Shown piece after piece: positions 9,010-19,710 of a stretch of DNA of 64,000 nt (within the stretch, counting starts at the first letter, position 1; every line of letters starts with the position of its first letter). Source of the stretch: Akkermansia muciniphila (lineage in GTDB: Bacteria > Verrucomicrobiota > Verrucomicrobiia > Limisphaerales > UBA9464); the NCBI GenBank assembly GCA_945861565.1, contig CAMAUY010000016.1, positions 2,556 to 66,555 on the forward strand, given 5' to 3'. The position numbers were made by a program, and so were the translations under genes. A model generated the notes under the pieces. The model did no database searches, was not told the DNA's origin, and was given only the letters and a program-made list of their open reading frames with translations.

Positions 9010-10173
9010 TCATCGGATAGGCCGAACCATCGAAACCAGCGGGTGACCGCCGCAGTCGGCACAGGTCTTCGCCTCTTCGGTAAACTGACTTAAGCAGCGG
9101 GGACAATAACCGGAATGCGTTGGGTCACTCGGCATCGGAGGCCGTTCCCAAAGAGCCCAGTTCACGTTTACTTCCCGCAGGAGGTCTTCCACCCGAGATT
9201 TTATCTCCGACCGAAACCAGGCTTCCTCGGCGGCAACCTGCGGTGTCCTTAAATCCATCGTCACCGGCCGGGGAAAGCGAAGATCCCGCCAGATACGTTC
9301 GGCCAGGGGCTCAAGCGCCTCAGAACTAAGCAGCTCAGCCGCCACGCAGAGTGGATGGAAAGAGCCGAGCAACGGGCGTGACAACGAATCCGGGGCGCGG
9401 GTCGCGGAAACGGGCGCCAGGGCATAAACCAACGCCAGTTTAAATCGTTCGTCGTTGGCCGCAGGAAAAAACCGTCGGTGGAGTCGGATAAATCCAGCGG
9501 TGATCCACGCCAGTTGCAGAAGGAGCGCGGGTAGCAACCACCACAAGGCGGGAAGCCAACCGAATCGCCACAGGATCACCGGACACGCGATCATAAGAAA
9601 AATCCACAACCCGGTGCAGGCGGTCACCCAATTCGCCGCCCGTTCGGATAAATTCGCCCGGCGGACCCGTAACATCGGGCGGTCAAACGACTGCCGCAAA
9701 TACTCGCGCAGTCGGGTCGGACGATCCCTGGCGGGAAGTCGGGAAAGGTCCCGGAGCAGAGCCTCAAAATGAAGAGGTTCGTACGGCGAATCGCTCCGAA
9801 ACAGCGGCTGGCCATTAATCCGCAGGACCTTTCCGTCCGCCGCCACGTCGCGCACAGCCGCCCACGCGAAGAACACGGACGCCGTGCCGGAGTGACCCGA
9901 GGGATGCAGACATTCCACCGGGACGGTTGCAATGCCTTCTGGCCCCGCTACGAAGGGCCAACTGCGTGCGATGTAGACGCTGCCGGCCGGAGGGAAAGGC
10001 CAACACCAATGCAAGTCGCCGTGATGATTGCTGATCGCTTCGCTGCGGACGACGGCGCGCCAACGCCGAGTCGCCATTTGTCGAAAGACCACACCACCGC
10101 GGCGCACCCAGAACAAACATTCTGTCAGGGCCAGGAATCCCAAAACCAGCAAGAGATACTGGCGATCAGACAT
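9010..10173 (-). CDS. Hypothetical membrane protein with a C-terminal zinc ribbon
   Basis: N-terminal and central hydrophobic segments, C-terminal CPRC...CADC. Best ORF in this interval. Confidence 0.7.
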   Translation of the reverse strand: MSDRQYLLLVLGFLALTECLFWVRRGGVVFRQMATRRWRAVVRSEAISNHHGDLHWCWPFPPAGSVYIARSWPFVAGPEGIATVPVECLHPSGHSGTASVFFAWAAVRDVAADGKVLRINGQPLFRSDSPYEPLHFEALLRDLSRLPARDRPTRLREYLRQSFDRPMLRVRRANLSERAANWVTACTGLWIFLMIACPVILWRFGWLPALWWLLPALLLQLAWITAGFIRLHRRFFPAANDERFKLALVYALAPVSATRAPDSLSRPLLGSFHPLCVAAELLSSEALEPLAERIWRDLRFPRPVTMDLRTPQVAAEEAWFRSEIKSRVEDLLREVNVNWALWERPPMPSDPTHSGYCPRCLSQFTEEAKTCADCGGHPLVSMVRPIR

Positions 10174-10267
10174 GGTTAACCATTTCGGAAGCCGCGTTGA
10201 GATTCAATCCCAGGCCCGGACGCGTCAAAGCCTCGCAGGCAGCAGCTCCCGAAACCGTCGCCCGGCT

Positions 10268-11182
10268 CTAAACCTCATTTCGGCCTGACTTTCGGCCGGT
10301 GAGAACCTTCTTCATCCAGGCACCGAGAGCGACCACACCCACCACGATAAACTTAAAGGCCTTTTTCAGGAAACCCGCGACCATTCCGAAGAATCCAAGC
10401 TTATAAGCAGCGGCCGCCGTGCCTCCCAAAACCAGCGCACCCAATCCATACTGCGCAATCTTGTCACCCTGCTGAAACTCCGCGTAGTTTTCCCCCTGCG
10501 AATACTGAAATGAGTTCAACATCCCCCGAAACTCCGGCATTGCTGCATCCACTTTCTCAAAATCTTCAATCAGCGTCACTTCCGTGACCCCTTTCCGACC
10601 GAGGAGGCGCACGTTATAGTTCACAAACTTCTCGCCGGCGCTCTGGCCAAGGAGCGACCACTCCAGGTTCTTGGTGTCGTCATTGAATTTCGGTGCCACA
10701 TGCCATCCGAGAATTTCCAGGGTTGGGATCCCCTCCAATTTCCGACGCTTGTTATCTTCAGCGACTCCCTCGCGCATTCGTATTAGCAGTTTATCGGCAT
10801 TTAAATCCTTTTTCTCGTCGTCCTTGACATATCCGACCTCATCAAAACTGAAGATCGCCCACCAGTGATTCGATCGAGACTCGACGAGACCCAGCTCGTT
10901 GCCACGGGGCGCATTGCCCATCAGTTTCAAGATTTTCTGCGCATCCCCGGACTCGACATATCGAAATCCAGCCGGCAAACGCAACCGGGCCCGTGACTGC
11001 AAGTCGGCCGTGGCCGGACCGTTTAGCCATTGGAACCGGTCCAGCGGATCCTGTTGTGGCGACGGGTCGACGGGCGTCTCGGCAACGGAGGACTCCGCTG
11101 CGAAGGGAGTGACCGTAAGAGCCCATAACAGGCAAATCGGGAGGAGGCGGAGTGCCCACGACAAGACAGGTCTGATGCGCAT
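10268..11182 (-). CDS. DUF2167-family membrane-anchored protein
   Basis: GYVKDDE, VNYNVRLLGRKGV and GDKIAQYGLGALVLGG motifs; signal peptide and C-terminal TM. Confidence 0.85.
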   Translation of the reverse strand: MRIRPVLSWALRLLPICLLWALTVTPFAAESSVAETPVDPSPQQDPLDRFQWLNGPATADLQSRARLRLPAGFRYVESGDAQKILKLMGNAPRGNELGLVESRSNHWWAIFSFDEVGYVKDDEKKDLNADKLLIRMREGVAEDNKRRKLEGIPTLEILGWHVAPKFNDDTKNLEWSLLGQSAGEKFVNYNVRLLGRKGVTEVTLIEDFEKVDAAMPEFRGMLNSFQYSQGENYAEFQQGDKIAQYGLGALVLGGTAAAAYKLGFFGMVAGFLKKAFKFIVVGVVALGAWMKKVLTGRKSGRNEV

Positions 11183-11310
11183 GACCGGTCGCAGTAGACC
11201 GGGCAAACCGGGCGATCGCAAGCCACCATTTCCCGGGGAAAAGGCACAAAAAACGGGTGGCACATTGACGCCACCCGCCGAACACCACGCTCACAGCGCG
11301 GGAAGATCCT

Positions 11311-12624
11311 TCACGAACGAGCCGACGGCACATCGTCGATTTTTGCGTTCAGTTCGAGAAAATCCATCACCTTGTCGGTAACGACGCCCTGCTCAATCTC
11401 TCTGAATCCTCCGCGTTCCTGGATCAGCTTAATCATCTTTTCCATGCTCACTTCATTCTGTTGGGCGAGCGCACCGACGCGATTGATGACATCTCTTTGC
11501 TCCGCCTTGATTTTCTCGGCTCGGGCAATCCGGTTTAAGACGAACGCCGCCTTCACGCGCTCACGCGCGGTGCGGCTCGCGCCGGCATAGATCTCGTCTT
11601 TCTTCTGCTCGATTGCTTCCTTCGGCACGCCCCGTTTCTGGTTTTCATTGACGATGTTATAGACAAGGTCGCGGGTTTCGCCTGCCACAACGCTTTCGGG
11701 AAGATCCAACTCGACTCGGGCGAGGAGTTCCTTGAGCAACTGGTCGCGCACGTCCCTCTTCTGACGAAGAATCAGCTCGTTCTGCAGATCCCGGCGAATC
11801 CCATCGAGCAGCTGTTGAACGGTCTCCGCACCCAATGACCGGGCAAATTCCTCATTCACATCGGGTAGACTTTTTTCCTTTACCCCGACGATTTCGACAT
11901 CATAGACGGCGAGCTTTTTTGAAAGTTCAGCGGCAACAAACTCGGCGGGAAACTCGACCGTGACCGAACGTCGGTCGCCAATTTTTGCACCCTGGAGTTG
12001 CTCGGTAAATCCGGGGAGGAAGGAATCCTTGGCCACGGCGATCCAAAAATTCTGTTTCTCCGTCAGACCTCGGGCGGTGGGCGCGATCTCGGTGAGAGGT
12101 TTTCCATCAAGGGTCGCGGTGTAGTTGACGACGACCACGTCGCCGTCCTGCAATTCACGGGGGACGTCGTTGTACTTCACCTGCTGCTCCCGGAGAATGT
12201 TCGTCGCACGATCGACGTCCGCGTCCGATGGGACAGCAATTTCTCGTCGAGCCGTCAGGCCCTTGTATTCTGGGACCGTAAAATCGGGGACCACCTCGCA
12301 GGTAACGTTGTAGGCATAGGGCAAGCCCCGGCCGAACTGCTGCTCCTCGACATTCAGCGTCACAATGACTTCCAGTTTTTCCTGCTGGGCGGCGGCGCGA
12401 TAGGAATTCTCGAACAGCTGCTTACGGGTTTCCTCGATAATTCGAGGTTCATACGCCTTGACGATCAAATGCTCGGGAGCCCGCCCAGGCCGAAATCCAG
12501 GAAGTTTGGCCTCCTTTCGGAATTGTTTGGAAACGTCACCAAAGGCGGTATTGACCGCCTCCAGGGGCACTTCGACGCGGAGCAGCTTTTTGCAGGGACC
12601 AAGGTGATCAACGGAAACGTTCAT
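11311..12624 (-). CDS. tig: Trigger factor
   Basis: Ribosome-binding motif LPGFRPGRAP, FKBP-like FLPGFTEQL.G, 437 aa. Confidence 0.95.
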   Translation of the reverse strand: MNVSVDHLGPCKKLLRVEVPLEAVNTAFGDVSKQFRKEAKLPGFRPGRAPEHLIVKAYEPRIIEETRKQLFENSYRAAAQQEKLEVIVTLNVEEQQFGRGLPYAYNVTCEVVPDFTVPEYKGLTARREIAVPSDADVDRATNILREQQVKYNDVPRELQDGDVVVVNYTATLDGKPLTEIAPTARGLTEKQNFWIAVAKDSFLPGFTEQLQGAKIGDRRSVTVEFPAEFVAAELSKKLAVYDVEIVGVKEKSLPDVNEEFARSLGAETVQQLLDGIRRDLQNELILRQKRDVRDQLLKELLARVELDLPESVVAGETRDLVYNIVNENQKRGVPKEAIEQKKDEIYAGASRTARERVKAAFVLNRIARAEKIKAEQRDVINRVGALAQQNEVSMEKMIKLIQERGGFREIEQGVVTDKVMDFLELNAKIDDVPSARS

Positions 12625-12883
12625 GTTCTGCGTGTTTAAAAATCATGAGCCGGCCACGGACGGCCAGACCGGCAAAGACGGTGAACCTAGGAAGGGCTCG
12701 GAATACCGTCAAGCTTTGCCCGCAGGCTTTCCTGTTTGTCGGCGCCAAAAATCGATTGATTTGCAAAATGTAAATGTGTTTTCATTCGGGAACCGCGGAG
12801 CCTTCGGGGCCTTTCGTCTGCCGCGCTTTCACCGAAATAGCATGTAGCCGGGTACTTCCCCACGCTCCCACCGCACCGATTCC

Positions 12884-14797
12884 TCACTCGTGCCTGAAGA
12901 AGGCGTGGTCGGCATTGCCTTCGGCGAATAGATAGGCCAGCAGGTCTAAAACCTGGTCCTTGTTGATCAGGTTGAGCAGACCCCCCGGCATGAGTGAGCC
13001 TTGCTGCGTTGCCCTGGATTGGATCGAGGCTTTCTTGATCTTCTGAATCAGGGCCACGGAAGGGCCGGTCTGAAGTGTCACCTGTTCCGCATCCTCGGCG
13101 AGCACGATTCCGACAACGGTGTTTTCATCTCCGAGTTCGAAGGATTGCGTGCGGAATTTTTCGTCCAGTCCCTTCGCAGGTTCCAGAATCTGTTCCAGGA
13201 CCGCACCCCGATCGCCCTTCCAGCGCGCAAAGACTCCGGAAAGACTGGGTCCAAATGCCGCTCCTTCCACTCCAAGTTGATGGCATTGAATGCAGCCCAA
13301 CGAGCTGAACAAATTCTTTCCGCTGGAGTAACTACGGTGACGATCCATTCGGTTCAAATCATCGGCGAAGTCCGCAACCTTCCACTCGGTGAGTTTCGGC
13401 GCGTCCGGTTCGGGGTTCTTGGCAAGATAATCCTCGACATCTGCGGCGACGATCAAGCTCCCAAACATCCGCAACCAGTGGCCGGGGAATGTGCACACAT
13501 AACTATACTCCCCGGGCTCGGTCGGTGCGGTAAAGTTGAGTCGTAACGTAGAACCCGGGTCGACGAGCTTCGAAGCGAAGAGAACCTGGGTCGACTTCGG
13601 GATGAACATCCTCCCCTGCTCGTCCGCGTCGGGCATCATAACGTCGGCCAGCCGGCCGATCTCCTCGCGGGCTCCCGGCACCGTGATCACGAAATTGTGC
13701 GGCATGGAATCGGGGTTTTCGAAAATGATTTCCACCGGCTTCCCCGCCGCCACGACGAGTCGAGTTTTGTCGTAGAGCATTTGCTCGTGTAGCGTCTTGA
13801 GGACCAGCACCCTGACACCGAGCTCTGCCAGTGCCTTGCGAATGCGTCTGCCGTCGTCGGCCGGCAGCAGCAAGGAAAGGTCATTACCGAGTTGGACCGC
13901 ATCAAGAAAGTCCGCGTCCGTGCGCTGATCTGCAGGAACCTTGGCGGCGTAGTCCACGAGGCTCTGCGCGACGGGGCCGGCGGATTCCTTCTGCCAAAAG
14001 GAACGGGGAAGCTGCAACACGGCTCGCACGGCGGAGATTCGTTCCGTCCCGGCGCGAATCAGGCCGGCCAAAGCGGTGTAGTTGATTGCTTCATACCCCT
14101 TCAATGCGGGCAACGCCAGAATAGACAGTTGCTGCAACTCGGGTGTGGCCGCCCGTTGGGCGAGCGGCGCGATCAGCGGTTGAAAGGATGCCCGCAGCGC
14201 GGCATCGGTGAGCAACGGCACAGCACCCACGAGGTCGACCAACTTGGTATCATCCCGGGCCACCTGATCCCACAGAGGGTTGGGTTTGCCTTCAGCCGTG
14301 AGCCATCCGGCGAAGGCCGCTCGACGCGTCAACGGTTGCTCGGCCTTGGCAGCGAGAGTTTCAAGGCCAAGCTTTTTTTCGGCGAGATCCCGGCTCGCGG
14401 ATTTTGCCAACAGTGCCGCGAGATCCCGGATCGCCGGGGCCGCATTGGTCCCCCGTGCGTCGAGGCGCTCGAGGGCGGCGAGCAACTCGCTCAAACGGTC
14501 GGTCTTGTGCAATGTCGCCAGTCCCGTCAGAGCTTCCTCGCGGTATTTTGAATCGAGCCCCGTCCGTTCCAGCAAGGCATTGAATACCGGCTCGACCCGT
14601 GGCGCCTGCAGCAATTCCTTGTTCGACAGCCGCCCAAGCATATACGCCGCCGCTCTCGGATTAGCAGGCAGATAAAACTTTCGGGCCTCTTCCGGCGGCT
14701 TCGCCTCCCCACCCGCCGCGTCGGCCGCGGTTACTGGCAACAGCAGACGGAGGGCAGCCAGCAGGCACAGCCAGACGATAAAGATTCTCATGTTCAT
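12884..14797 (-). CDS. Secreted HEAT-repeat + cupredoxin (azurin/auracyanin-like) + cytochrome c protein
   Basis: Signal peptide; type-1 Cu ligands MPHNFV and YVCTFPGHWLRM; heme motif CIQCH, GPSL and distal SLMPGGL. Confidence 0.88.
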   Translation of the reverse strand: MNMRIFIVWLCLLAALRLLLPVTAADAAGGEAKPPEEARKFYLPANPRAAAYMLGRLSNKELLQAPRVEPVFNALLERTGLDSKYREEALTGLATLHKTDRLSELLAALERLDARGTNAAPAIRDLAALLAKSASRDLAEKKLGLETLAAKAEQPLTRRAAFAGWLTAEGKPNPLWDQVARDDTKLVDLVGAVPLLTDAALRASFQPLIAPLAQRAATPELQQLSILALPALKGYEAINYTALAGLIRAGTERISAVRAVLQLPRSFWQKESAGPVAQSLVDYAAKVPADQRTDADFLDAVQLGNDLSLLLPADDGRRIRKALAELGVRVLVLKTLHEQMLYDKTRLVVAAGKPVEIIFENPDSMPHNFVITVPGAREEIGRLADVMMPDADEQGRMFIPKSTQVLFASKLVDPGSTLRLNFTAPTEPGEYSYVCTFPGHWLRMFGSLIVAADVEDYLAKNPEPDAPKLTEWKVADFADDLNRMDRHRSYSSGKNLFSSLGCIQCHQLGVEGAAFGPSLSGVFARWKGDRGAVLEQILEPAKGLDEKFRTQSFELGDENTVVGIVLAEDAEQVTLQTGPSVALIQKIKKASIQSRATQQGSLMPGGLLNLINKDQVLDLLAYLFAEGNADHAFFRHE

Positions 14798-14818
14798 GAT
14801 TCGAACCAAAGCAACGAC

Positions 14819-14855
14819 AAATCGGCATGGCCCCATGACAGGCTCATGCCGATTT
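14819..14855. other. Intergenic stem-loop between the two PVC-type redox genes
   Basis: AAATCGGCATG-N15-CATGCCGATTT perfect 11-bp inverted repeat, no long U tract. Confidence 0.5.
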
Positions 14856-14881
14856 GGTGAGACTGACGCGGCAACCGGCCA

Positions 14882-17536
14882 CTAGTTTTTCGTCATGTAC
14901 TTGTCAAGTTGCTTCAGGGTCTCGTCGAGGCAGTACTTGATGTAATAGTCCGGTTTATTGGGATCCGTCTCCTTATCGAGCGCCATCAGGGCGATATCCC
15001 CGGCCTCGCGGGTGGTGAAAAAGCTGCAAGCCCGAACCGCCTCCAGACGGACGCGGGGATGGGAATCAACGACCTGCACCTTGAGGAGTGAAAGGGGATC
15101 CTTGACCCGATCACGCCAGTAGCAAAGCACCCGGGTGGCGGCCGCCCGAGCGCGGTGGTCGGGCGATCGGAGCATCTGCTTGAGCAGAGATTCGTCGACG
15201 ACGTTCTGCCATTGATGAACCCAGAGGGCTTCGAGCTTGTGGTGCTCGTAGGCGGGATCCTTGCGGTCGAGTGACGCCATCCATTCCTGGGTCGCTGCGA
15301 TCACTTTCGCGCTGTCGTGTTTGCCCAGCTCAATTTTGGCACGCGTCCGGACATCATCCTCGGGCGTTTTGAGGACCTCAAGCAGTGCGTCGACGGATTG
15401 GCCATCGATCTTCACAGGCGGGAGCAAGGGGCGGCCTTCGTAAGTCATCCGGTAGATGCGGCCATGCTGCTTGTCGCGATTAGGGTCGCGGATGTGATGT
15501 TGCATGTGACCGATGAGCGGCTTGGCCCAGTCGCAGAAGTAAAGGGAGCCGTCGGGTGCCACCCCCAGGGCGATGGGGCGAAAGTTGGGGTCGTCCGACT
15601 TGACGAGGTCGTCGGGAATTGTTTCGCCGGTGAGGCCGGAACCGCTCTCGCTGACCTTCACGCGGAATATTCCCTGAAACCCAATGACGTTGACGTTGAG
15701 GAAATTGTTTTGAAATTCCTCCGGGAAATGACGACTGGAAAGAATGGCGGTGGCCGGGCACGGACGGGACGGGCGTTTCCAAAACTGCTGCATCCCTTTA
15801 TGCTTGCCGGACTCCAAATAACCGCTGAACGCCGGGGCGAAGAAGTTCTCATTGCCGGTCGCATCGGTGATGATGTCATTGCCCCAGTGGTCGAAAACGC
15901 GCCCGTGCGGATTGGCGAAACCATACGGAACGTACCGTTCAAACTTTCCGGTGACCGGTTCAAATCGATAGATGCAACCGTCTGAATTGCGGACCGGCCC
16001 GATCGCGGTTTCGACTTGCGTGCGATGAAACACACCATCGCTCAGGTAGGTGGCCCCGCCGGGATCGAGCACCATGGCGTTGGCGGTATGATGAGAATCT
16101 GCAGAATCCATCCCCATCAGAACTCGTTCCTTCCAATCCGCCTTGCCGTCGCCGTCGGTGTCACGCACAAACCACAGATCCGGGGCCTGCATCACGAGGA
16201 CCCCGTCCTTGTAAAACTGAAATCCGGTCGGGCAGTTCAGCCCATCCAAGAAAACGGTCATCGTGTCCGCCTTTCCGGTACCCTTACGGTCCTCAAAGAT
16301 GAGTAACTTGTCCTTCACGGTGTCGGTCGGGCGAAGCTCCGGATAGCTCGGCCATACAGCGACCCAGAGTCGGCCCTTGGTATCGAAAGCCATCTGCACG
16401 GGGCTGGCGAGTTCAGGAAACTGTTCCTCGCTTGCGAACAGGGTCACCTTGCACCCCTTCGGCACGGTCATGTGTTGGATCGCCTCTTCACCGCTAAGGA
16501 ACGGTTTGATGTCAGGCTTGTTGGATTGCAGCTTTTCGACGGCCGGCAGATTCGAATCATCGACCTTCCGGTCGCCGCCCTTGGCGACTGCCCAGACTCG
16601 GAGGTCGCGATTCGCGGTCTTCACGTCCCGCTGGGACATCTCCTGCTGCATCACGTCGAAGTTGGAAATTTTTTCCGAATCCTTTCCCGCCTTCGGGAAC
16701 GTCAGCTTGGAACGGCCTCCGTAGACGTTATAGCCATCAACGGTTCGGTGCCTCGCATGCCATTCCGCATTCTTGTCATTCACCGCGGAACGAAGTTTTT
16801 CAACGTTTCCCAGCGGACGGGTTGGACCGAACAGATCGCGGAGAATTTCGGGAGCGAATGCCTTGTTCCCGGCCTCGGTGAGCATAAAGGTGTTGAAGGT
16901 CAGCGACTGTCCCGGCCGGGCCATCGGTGCGTAGAGGCGCTGAGAGATGGCGAACAAATCGACCATTGGCACCCCATTCGCGCCGGAAATTTCCGCCATG
17001 GCGGTCGTGTACTTTCTCAGATTGGCATTGTTTGCCGCCGGATCCGGCTGGTTCGGGTCGTTGATTTTTTCGTTGGCGATCGGACTGAAGAGGACCAACC
17101 GCGGTGAACCCTTTCCACTGTAGTCGCCGGCCCGGATGTCCTTGATGAACGCGTCGAGGTCGGTCTTGAACTTCGCCAATCCGGCGTCGCCTTTGAACGA
17201 TTCGTTGAAGCCGTAAAACGCGAAAACTACGTCGGCCTGCACCTTTTTCAACCATTCATCCCGTGAACCAAAATTCTCGGAGCGATGCCAGGTGGCGACC
17301 TCATCCGCGGTGACGGCCAGATTGCGGAAGACGAGGTCCTGTTCGGGAAAGCTCGCCACGACGAGGGTCTCGAGCCATCCATCGTGCTGCATGCGGTCGG
17401 CCGTCGAATTCCCGATCAGGGCGATGTGATCGCCCTTCTTGAGGGTCAGTTTGGGGGAGACGTCGGCCGCGGAAAGGGTCGAGCAAACACTCCAGAAGGC
17501 TAGACTGAGAAGGAGTCCACTGATTCGATAATGCAT
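14882..17536 (-). CDS. PVC-type membrane-bound dehydrogenase-like protein: SGNH-like domain + beta-propeller + HEAT repeats
   Basis: IALIGNS and GFNES (SGNH-like); LFASEEQFPELASPVQMAFDTKGRLWV, DTDGDGKAD, DSHH, HMQHHIRDPNRDKQHGRIYR; HEAT repeats such as HPRVRLEAVRA. Confidence 0.88.
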   Translation of the reverse strand: MHYRISGLLLSLAFWSVCSTLSAADVSPKLTLKKGDHIALIGNSTADRMQHDGWLETLVVASFPEQDLVFRNLAVTADEVATWHRSENFGSRDEWLKKVQADVVFAFYGFNESFKGDAGLAKFKTDLDAFIKDIRAGDYSGKGSPRLVLFSPIANEKINDPNQPDPAANNANLRKYTTAMAEISGANGVPMVDLFAISQRLYAPMARPGQSLTFNTFMLTEAGNKAFAPEILRDLFGPTRPLGNVEKLRSAVNDKNAEWHARHRTVDGYNVYGGRSKLTFPKAGKDSEKISNFDVMQQEMSQRDVKTANRDLRVWAVAKGGDRKVDDSNLPAVEKLQSNKPDIKPFLSGEEAIQHMTVPKGCKVTLFASEEQFPELASPVQMAFDTKGRLWVAVWPSYPELRPTDTVKDKLLIFEDRKGTGKADTMTVFLDGLNCPTGFQFYKDGVLVMQAPDLWFVRDTDGDGKADWKERVLMGMDSADSHHTANAMVLDPGGATYLSDGVFHRTQVETAIGPVRNSDGCIYRFEPVTGKFERYVPYGFANPHGRVFDHWGNDIITDATGNENFFAPAFSGYLESGKHKGMQQFWKRPSRPCPATAILSSRHFPEEFQNNFLNVNVIGFQGIFRVKVSESGSGLTGETIPDDLVKSDDPNFRPIALGVAPDGSLYFCDWAKPLIGHMQHHIRDPNRDKQHGRIYRMTYEGRPLLPPVKIDGQSVDALLEVLKTPEDDVRTRAKIELGKHDSAKVIAATQEWMASLDRKDPAYEHHKLEALWVHQWQNVVDESLLKQMLRSPDHRARAAATRVLCYWRDRVKDPLSLLKVQVVDSHPRVRLEAVRACSFFTTREAGDIALMALDKETDPNKPDYYIKYCLDETLKQLDKYMTKN

Positions 17537-17700
17537 ATCCAGTTGATGTAAATTTGCTTTTTGGACGCGGCGGGACAAACGGAAATTCGAGCATTGCGCC
17601 GGGTAGAAATTGCACTGTGACGGTCTTCCAAATCTACCCCGTCCGTCAAGCGTGGCCTGCCCGGCGGCAGCAGTTCAATTCGAACTCAACTTGAAAACCG

Positions 17701-17776
17701 GAGTTGAACCGCAGATGGACACCGATTCACGCAGATTGGGAAGGGTTGGTATCGTGTCCGCGTTTATCCGCGGTTC
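17701..17776. repeat. Family A palindromic element (short, degenerate copy)
   Basis: GAGTTGAACCGCAGAT GGACACCGAT TCACGCAGAT ... CGTTTATCCGCGGTTC. The left arm matches the reverse complement of 26441-26480. Confidence 0.8.
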
Positions 17777-17832
17777 CATTGAACGGTTCCATGTTTAGTT
17801 CATGATCAAAACTACCGGACCGGCCGCCGCAG

Positions 17833-18543
17833 CTACTCGGCCGGAACAACCCCCATCTGACGAAGCGAAATCCAGCCGTCCGGGAAGGATTCACTCCGAC
17901 GCCCAATGATGACATGGTCCACGACGGGTATTCTCAGGAGCTGCCCCGCCCGCACCAGGTCCCGGGTGGCCCGCGTATCGGCTTCACTGGGCACCGGATC
18001 CCCGCTCGGATGATTGTGAACCAAAACAATCGAATGGGCATTGGCCGCAATGGCGGGCCGGAAGACTTCCCGTGCATGGACCAAAATCTGATCGAGAAGT
18101 CCCGCCGCGACGGTTTCCACCCGGATCAACTTGCGGCGAGAGTTCAACAAGAGGACCTTCAGGTGCTCGGTTTCATAGGTGATCATCTCATCGCGCATTA
18201 CCGCAACGATGGCCTCGGGACGCTCCATCAGCGGCAAATCCCGGCGAAGATCGTCTGCCATCCGACGGGCCAGAGTGAAGGCAGCCTTCAGAGCAATGGC
18301 CTTATCGCGACCCACGCCACGCACTCTCAATTGTTCCAGGGGGGCCCGGGCCAGACCGTCGAGAGTCCCGAAGTGTTGCAGCAACTGCTCACCGACCTGC
18401 ACCGCCGACGCCCCTTGGACGCCGGTCCGCAAGAGGATCGCCAGCAATTCAGCATTCCGCAGAGACTCTGCGCCCTGCTCGGCGAGGCGTTCCCGCGGAC
18501 GTTCCCTAACGGCCAGGTCTTGGATTCGGATCGGGTCGATCAT
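17833..18543 (-). CDS. radC: RadC family JAB/MPN-domain protein
   Basis: RPRERL, ELLAILLRTG, HhH motif RGVG, and JAMM motif HNHPSGDPVPSEAD...DHVII. Confidence 0.92.
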   Translation of the reverse strand: MIDPIRIQDLAVRERPRERLAEQGAESLRNAELLAILLRTGVQGASAVQVGEQLLQHFGTLDGLARAPLEQLRVRGVGRDKAIALKAAFTLARRMADDLRRDLPLMERPEAIVAVMRDEMITYETEHLKVLLLNSRRKLIRVETVAAGLLDQILVHAREVFRPAIAANAHSIVLVHNHPSGDPVPSEADTRATRDLVRAGQLLRIPVVDHVIIGRRSESFPDGWISLRQMGVVPAE

Positions 18544-18767
18544 AGTCAGCGGAGAAAGACCCTTCGGCAGGCGGCGATTTCGATTCCCGTTGCGGGCGCA
18601 TGGACACGCTTGCAATCCGCTGCGGATGAAAATTCGAAGGGCCATGACCTTCGGAGTCCCCCGCGAGATCAAGGAAACGGCCTATCGCTCAGGGCAAACG
18701 AACGTCGAAACTCGTGTTTCGAATTTGCCAGAGTGCTGAACTCCCGCTCTCTTTCCCGCATCATTCC

Positions 18768-19580
18768 ATGAAGAAACTAATCCTCCTCGGCCTATCGGCC
18801 GTCATCCTGCTCTCCGGGGTTTCCGCCGGTGAACTGATCGATCAGCTTGCCATCCAGACTTGGACCCTGCGCAACATGAAGTTCGACGAAGTGATCGTCT
18901 TCGCAAAAAAGCATGGAATTCAGGAGCTCCAGTTGATCCCGAACCACATCGACTACAAGAGGGAGTCCAAGGAGGAGATGGTCGCCAAGAAAGAGAAACT
19001 CGCAGCGAATGGCCTGCATGCCTATACCTACGGAGTTGCGGGGACATCGATCGACAAGGCAGAAAACCGCCGCCTCTTTGAATTTTGCAAGTTCATGGGA
19101 TTCGGCGTCATCGTGGTGGAGCCGAACGATTTCCGGATCTGGGATGACCTGGAGGCTCTGGCGAAAGAGTTCGACATCAAAGTCGCCGTGCACAATCACG
19201 GTATCAAGTCACTCTACGGAAACCCGGCCATCGTGAAGCAAATCATCCAGCATCGAGACCGTCGGATCGGCGTCTGCATGGACATCGGCTGGGTTACCGG
19301 TGCCGGTTTCGACGCGGCCAAGATCTACAAAGAGTACGATGGCAGAGTTTTTGATCTGCACTTAAAGGATAAGCGCATCGAGAAAACCCAGGGAGACGAT
19401 ATCTCCTTCGACACCCACATCGGGGAGGGGAAGGCCAATCTCAAAGGGCTATTTGCGGAGCTAAAAAAGAGCAACTACGCCGGAAAACTGGCGATTGAAA
19501 CGGATAGTCAAGAGTTTGCAATGAGCCCGGACGCCTTTGTCGCGAAGGCGAAGGAATATGTGGCGGCTCAGGGGAAATGA
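18768..19580 (+). CDS. Secreted sugar phosphate isomerase/epimerase (xylose isomerase-like TIM barrel)
   Basis: Signal peptide MKKLILLGL; motifs VVEP, AVHNH, CMDIGW, LHLKD and IETD. Confidence 0.85.
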   Translation: MKKLILLGLSAVILLSGVSAGELIDQLAIQTWTLRNMKFDEVIVFAKKHGIQELQLIPNHIDYKRESKEEMVAKKEKLAANGLHAYTYGVAGTSIDKAENRRLFEFCKFMGFGVIVVEPNDFRIWDDLEALAKEFDIKVAVHNHGIKSLYGNPAIVKQIIQHRDRRIGVCMDIGWVTGAGFDAAKIYKEYDGRVFDLHLKDKRIEKTQGDDISFDTHIGEGKANLKGLFAELKKSNYAGKLAIETDSQEFAMSPDAFVAKAKEYVAAQGK

Positions 19581-19710
19581 CCCGTTCCGCCCCCTAAGAA
19601 TGCTGCTGGACGAGGGGGCAGACTTACTCCGTGTGGTTCCAAACTCCGGTTTATTGGATTACTGGAATATCCAGGCAGAGGGCCTGATCAAAACGTCTCC
19701 GGACAACCTT

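Noticed and set aside
17833-18543. radC as a marker of an integrated mobile element
   Set aside because: Full-length chromosomal-type RadC with N-terminal HhH; no integrase, antirestriction genes or att sites nearby.
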